This document shows, one piece after another, positions 61,788 through 64,000 of a stretch of 64,000 nt of DNA. This DNA comes from Eledone cirrhosa (taxonomy: Eukaryota), in contig OZ024741.1 of assembly GCA_964016885.1 (NCBI GenBank), positions 113,832,001 to 113,896,000 on the forward strand, given 5' to 3'. How positions within the stretch are numbered: position 1 is the stretch's first letter; every line of letters starts with the position of its first letter. Below the pieces are notes generated by a model. The model saw nothing but the letters and a program-made list of their open reading frames with translations. It did no database searches and had not been told where the DNA came from. The position numbers and the translations under genes are program-made.

Positions 61788-61929
61788 TGTGTGTGTGTGT
61801 GTATGTGTGCACATATATATATATATATAATACACCCCGTCCCACCACCCCCACCCCCACCCGATCCACACCACCCCGTTCTATGTAAAGTTATGTTGGT
61901 GCCGCGCCATCCAGGCCGAAACAAATGAG

Positions 61930-62185
61930 ATCGTGTAGGTGTCACGACAAAAAAACACACAGTCCACGCTGTAATGTGGCCGTGTAGGCAACACGGTAAA
62001 AACCTCCCAGACCCACACTGTAAATGTGGTTGGTGTTAGGAAGGGCATCCAACTGTAGAAAACCTGCCAGACAGTCCTATGCGAGCAAGACAATCACTCT
62101 TGCCTCAAGTGGGAAAACCCCCGTCCAAACCCATGCAAGCGTGGAACACGGACGTTAAACGTTGATGATGATGATGATGATGATA
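61930..62185 (+). mobile_element. SINE-like / non-autonomous RTE-derived fragment (monomers + AGGAAGGGCATCC + (ATG)n tail)
   Basis: Related to 21672-21800, 42172-42340 and 18279-18395. Confidence 0.75.
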
Positions 62186-62557
62186 TACATAATTCAAATT
62201 AAAAGATATATGTATGTATAGAGAGAAAGAGCCATATATCAATTGAGAAACACATAGTATTTTGTACTTATATAAAGCACATCATATTTAGGAATAAATA
62301 CATACTTTAAGGTGGAATAGTTCTTTCCTTATGGTACCATTGCTATCTATCTTCTTGGTCTAAAACTCAGATCCTATCAGATATAAAAGTATTTCGTACC
62401 ATACACTTTATTGGAACTTATCCAAAGACGAATTCCTCTGTTGATGTGTCCACGTCTCCTGTAGCTTTACCAAAATAGATAGTTGGTTATCTATGATCGA
62501 TTGCTTAAATTGAGTTTTGTTATGGTTTACAAACCATAAGGAAAGAAGAACTTAATG

Positions 62558-62682
62558 TTAGAGTTAGGGCTATGCCTAGGGCTGAGATTGTGCTAGGGTC
62601 AATGTTATGTTTAGGGTTGGGTTTATGGTTTAGGTTTAGGGTTAGGGTTAGGGTTATGGTTAAGGTAAGGGTTAGGGTTATT
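62558..62682 (+). repeat. Degenerate (TTAGGG)n-like tract
   Basis: ...ttagggttagggttagggttatggttaaggtaagggttagggtta. Confidence 0.75.
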
Positions 62683-62735
62683 GTTACTACTATGGTTTAA
62701 TATATTCACTGTACAGCACCTTGTGCAAGTGTATA

Positions 62736-62778
<43 letters not shown>

Positions 62779-62779
62779 G

Positions 62780-62914
62780 CATGCTTTAAATGGGCATGCT
62801 ATGAAGGTACACAGAAATACACATATCATCATCATCATTTTAAAGCGGACGTAAAATGATGATGATGACATATGTGTTTCTATGTACCTTCATAGCATGC
62901 CCATTTAAAGCATG
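62780..62914. repeat. 135-bp hairpin centred on a bare RTE 3' tail
   Basis: catgctttaaatgggcatgctatgaaggtaca...catcatcatttta-aagcggacg-taaaatgatgatg...tgtaccttcatagcatgcccatttaaagcatg. Confidence 0.9.
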
Positions 62915-63318
62915 AGCAACATTTGTTTATGTCCTGTATAAACAATATATTCTGCAGCTAACTGGTTTAATGAAAATGAGTGGTATATATCATACTTAAA
63001 AATAAAATAAAAATACAGTATGGGCTGGCATCAGGAACAGTATCCATCTGTAGGAAAACTGCATCAAAAATGACTTGTCCAACCCATACCAGTATGGAAA
63101 AAGCTGCCATAAATATATAGGGGATAAATACGACCACCATGATCATGACGATGATGGCCATGATGAAGAAGATGACCATCATGATGATGATGAACATGAT
63201 CATGACGATCATGATACTCATGACAAAAATGACGGTGATAATGATGACTATTATGATGATGAAACAAACAATAATTTTCTCACATGCAAATACACATAGG
63301 TTTGTATCCACATTTTGG

Positions 63319-63620
63319 GTGAAGGCATGTAGTTTAGTGGTTAGGGTGTTCAACTCATGATCATAGAGTCATGAGTTTGATTCTTGGACTGGGCAGTGTG
63401 TCATAACATTGAGCAAGACACTTTATTTCATATTGATCCAGTCTACTCAGCTGGCAAAAATGAGTTGTACTTGTAATTCAAGGGACCAGTTTTGTTACAC
63501 ACTCTGTCCCACTGAATCTCCCTCAGATCTAAATTAAGGGTACCCGTGTCTGTGGAATGCTCAGCCACTTACACATTAATTTCATGAGCATGCAGCTCCA
63601 TCGATTGAATCAACTGGAGC
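63319..63620 (+). mobile_element. tRNA-head/CORE-like SINE (older subfamily)
   Basis: tagtttagtggttagggtgttc...gagtttgattc...ttgagcaagacactttatttca...cccgtgtctgtggaatgctcagccact. Confidence 0.75.
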
Positions 63621-64000
63621 ACTCATCATCAGAAACAACAGAGGGCTTGTATATGAACATTTTACACTAAGTCTGAGAGAATGTGGAGGTGGAACTGATG
63701 AGAAAAGGCAATTCTCAGCTACTAAGGGTAGGACTTCTAACCATTTTCCAAGACACAAACCAAAATATGGAGCCACAAATTGATAAGAACACACCATCCC
63801 CAGCTGAATTTCACCATAAATACAGATTGTCTGTAATATATAAAATTTATAAAATGATACTGGCAGCAATGATGGAAATATAGTGGTGGCATCGGTGGTA
63901 GTGGTGTGGTGGTGGTGGTGATGGTGGAGGGAGTGGTGGCGGGGGTGGTGTTGTTGTTGTTGGTGGTGATGGCAGCGGTGTTTGTGGTGTTGGTGATGGT

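Noticed and set aside
62967-63360. His/Asp/Met-rich ORFs resembling metal-binding proteins
   Set aside because: Degenerate (ATG)n/(CAT)n tail expansion after a SINE-like fragment.
63696-63730. CTGATGA followed by a gagaa/ttctc stem
   Set aside because: No GAAA or cleavage triplet follows, so not a hammerhead.

Overview
AT-rich, microsatellite-saturated animal genomic DNA. The SINE and LINE repertoire suggests an octopus or other cephalopod (inference). The only recognisable host gene is the last two coding exons of an M1-family aminopeptidase (3303-3384 and 4973-5113, +), which the ORF track misses. The rest is mostly retroelements: six RTE-clade LINE copies (one apparently full-length with an intact 1039-aa APE-RT ORF carrying a PHD-like finger and a nested tandem 5' array), two degraded R4/Dong-type RLE LINEs, one L1/Tx1-type LINE in a (GATA)n tract, two Penelope-like (RT/GIY-YIG) fragments and two tRNA-headed SINE families. 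The most striking unannotated signal is about 12 type-I hammerhead-ribozyme motifs of roughly 9 unrelated sequence types, mostly in short non-coding elements. They occur alongside about 12 fold-back inverted repeats that mostly end at (TA)n tracts, including a 340-bp palindrome with one hammerhead on each strand. A 2.3-kb island (about 18.7-21.0 kb) carries BACK-like and MIF4G-like gene remnants behind a duplicated micro-exon/mini-intron leader. All calls come from reading the sequence by eye, with no searches run, and repeat boundaries are approximate.
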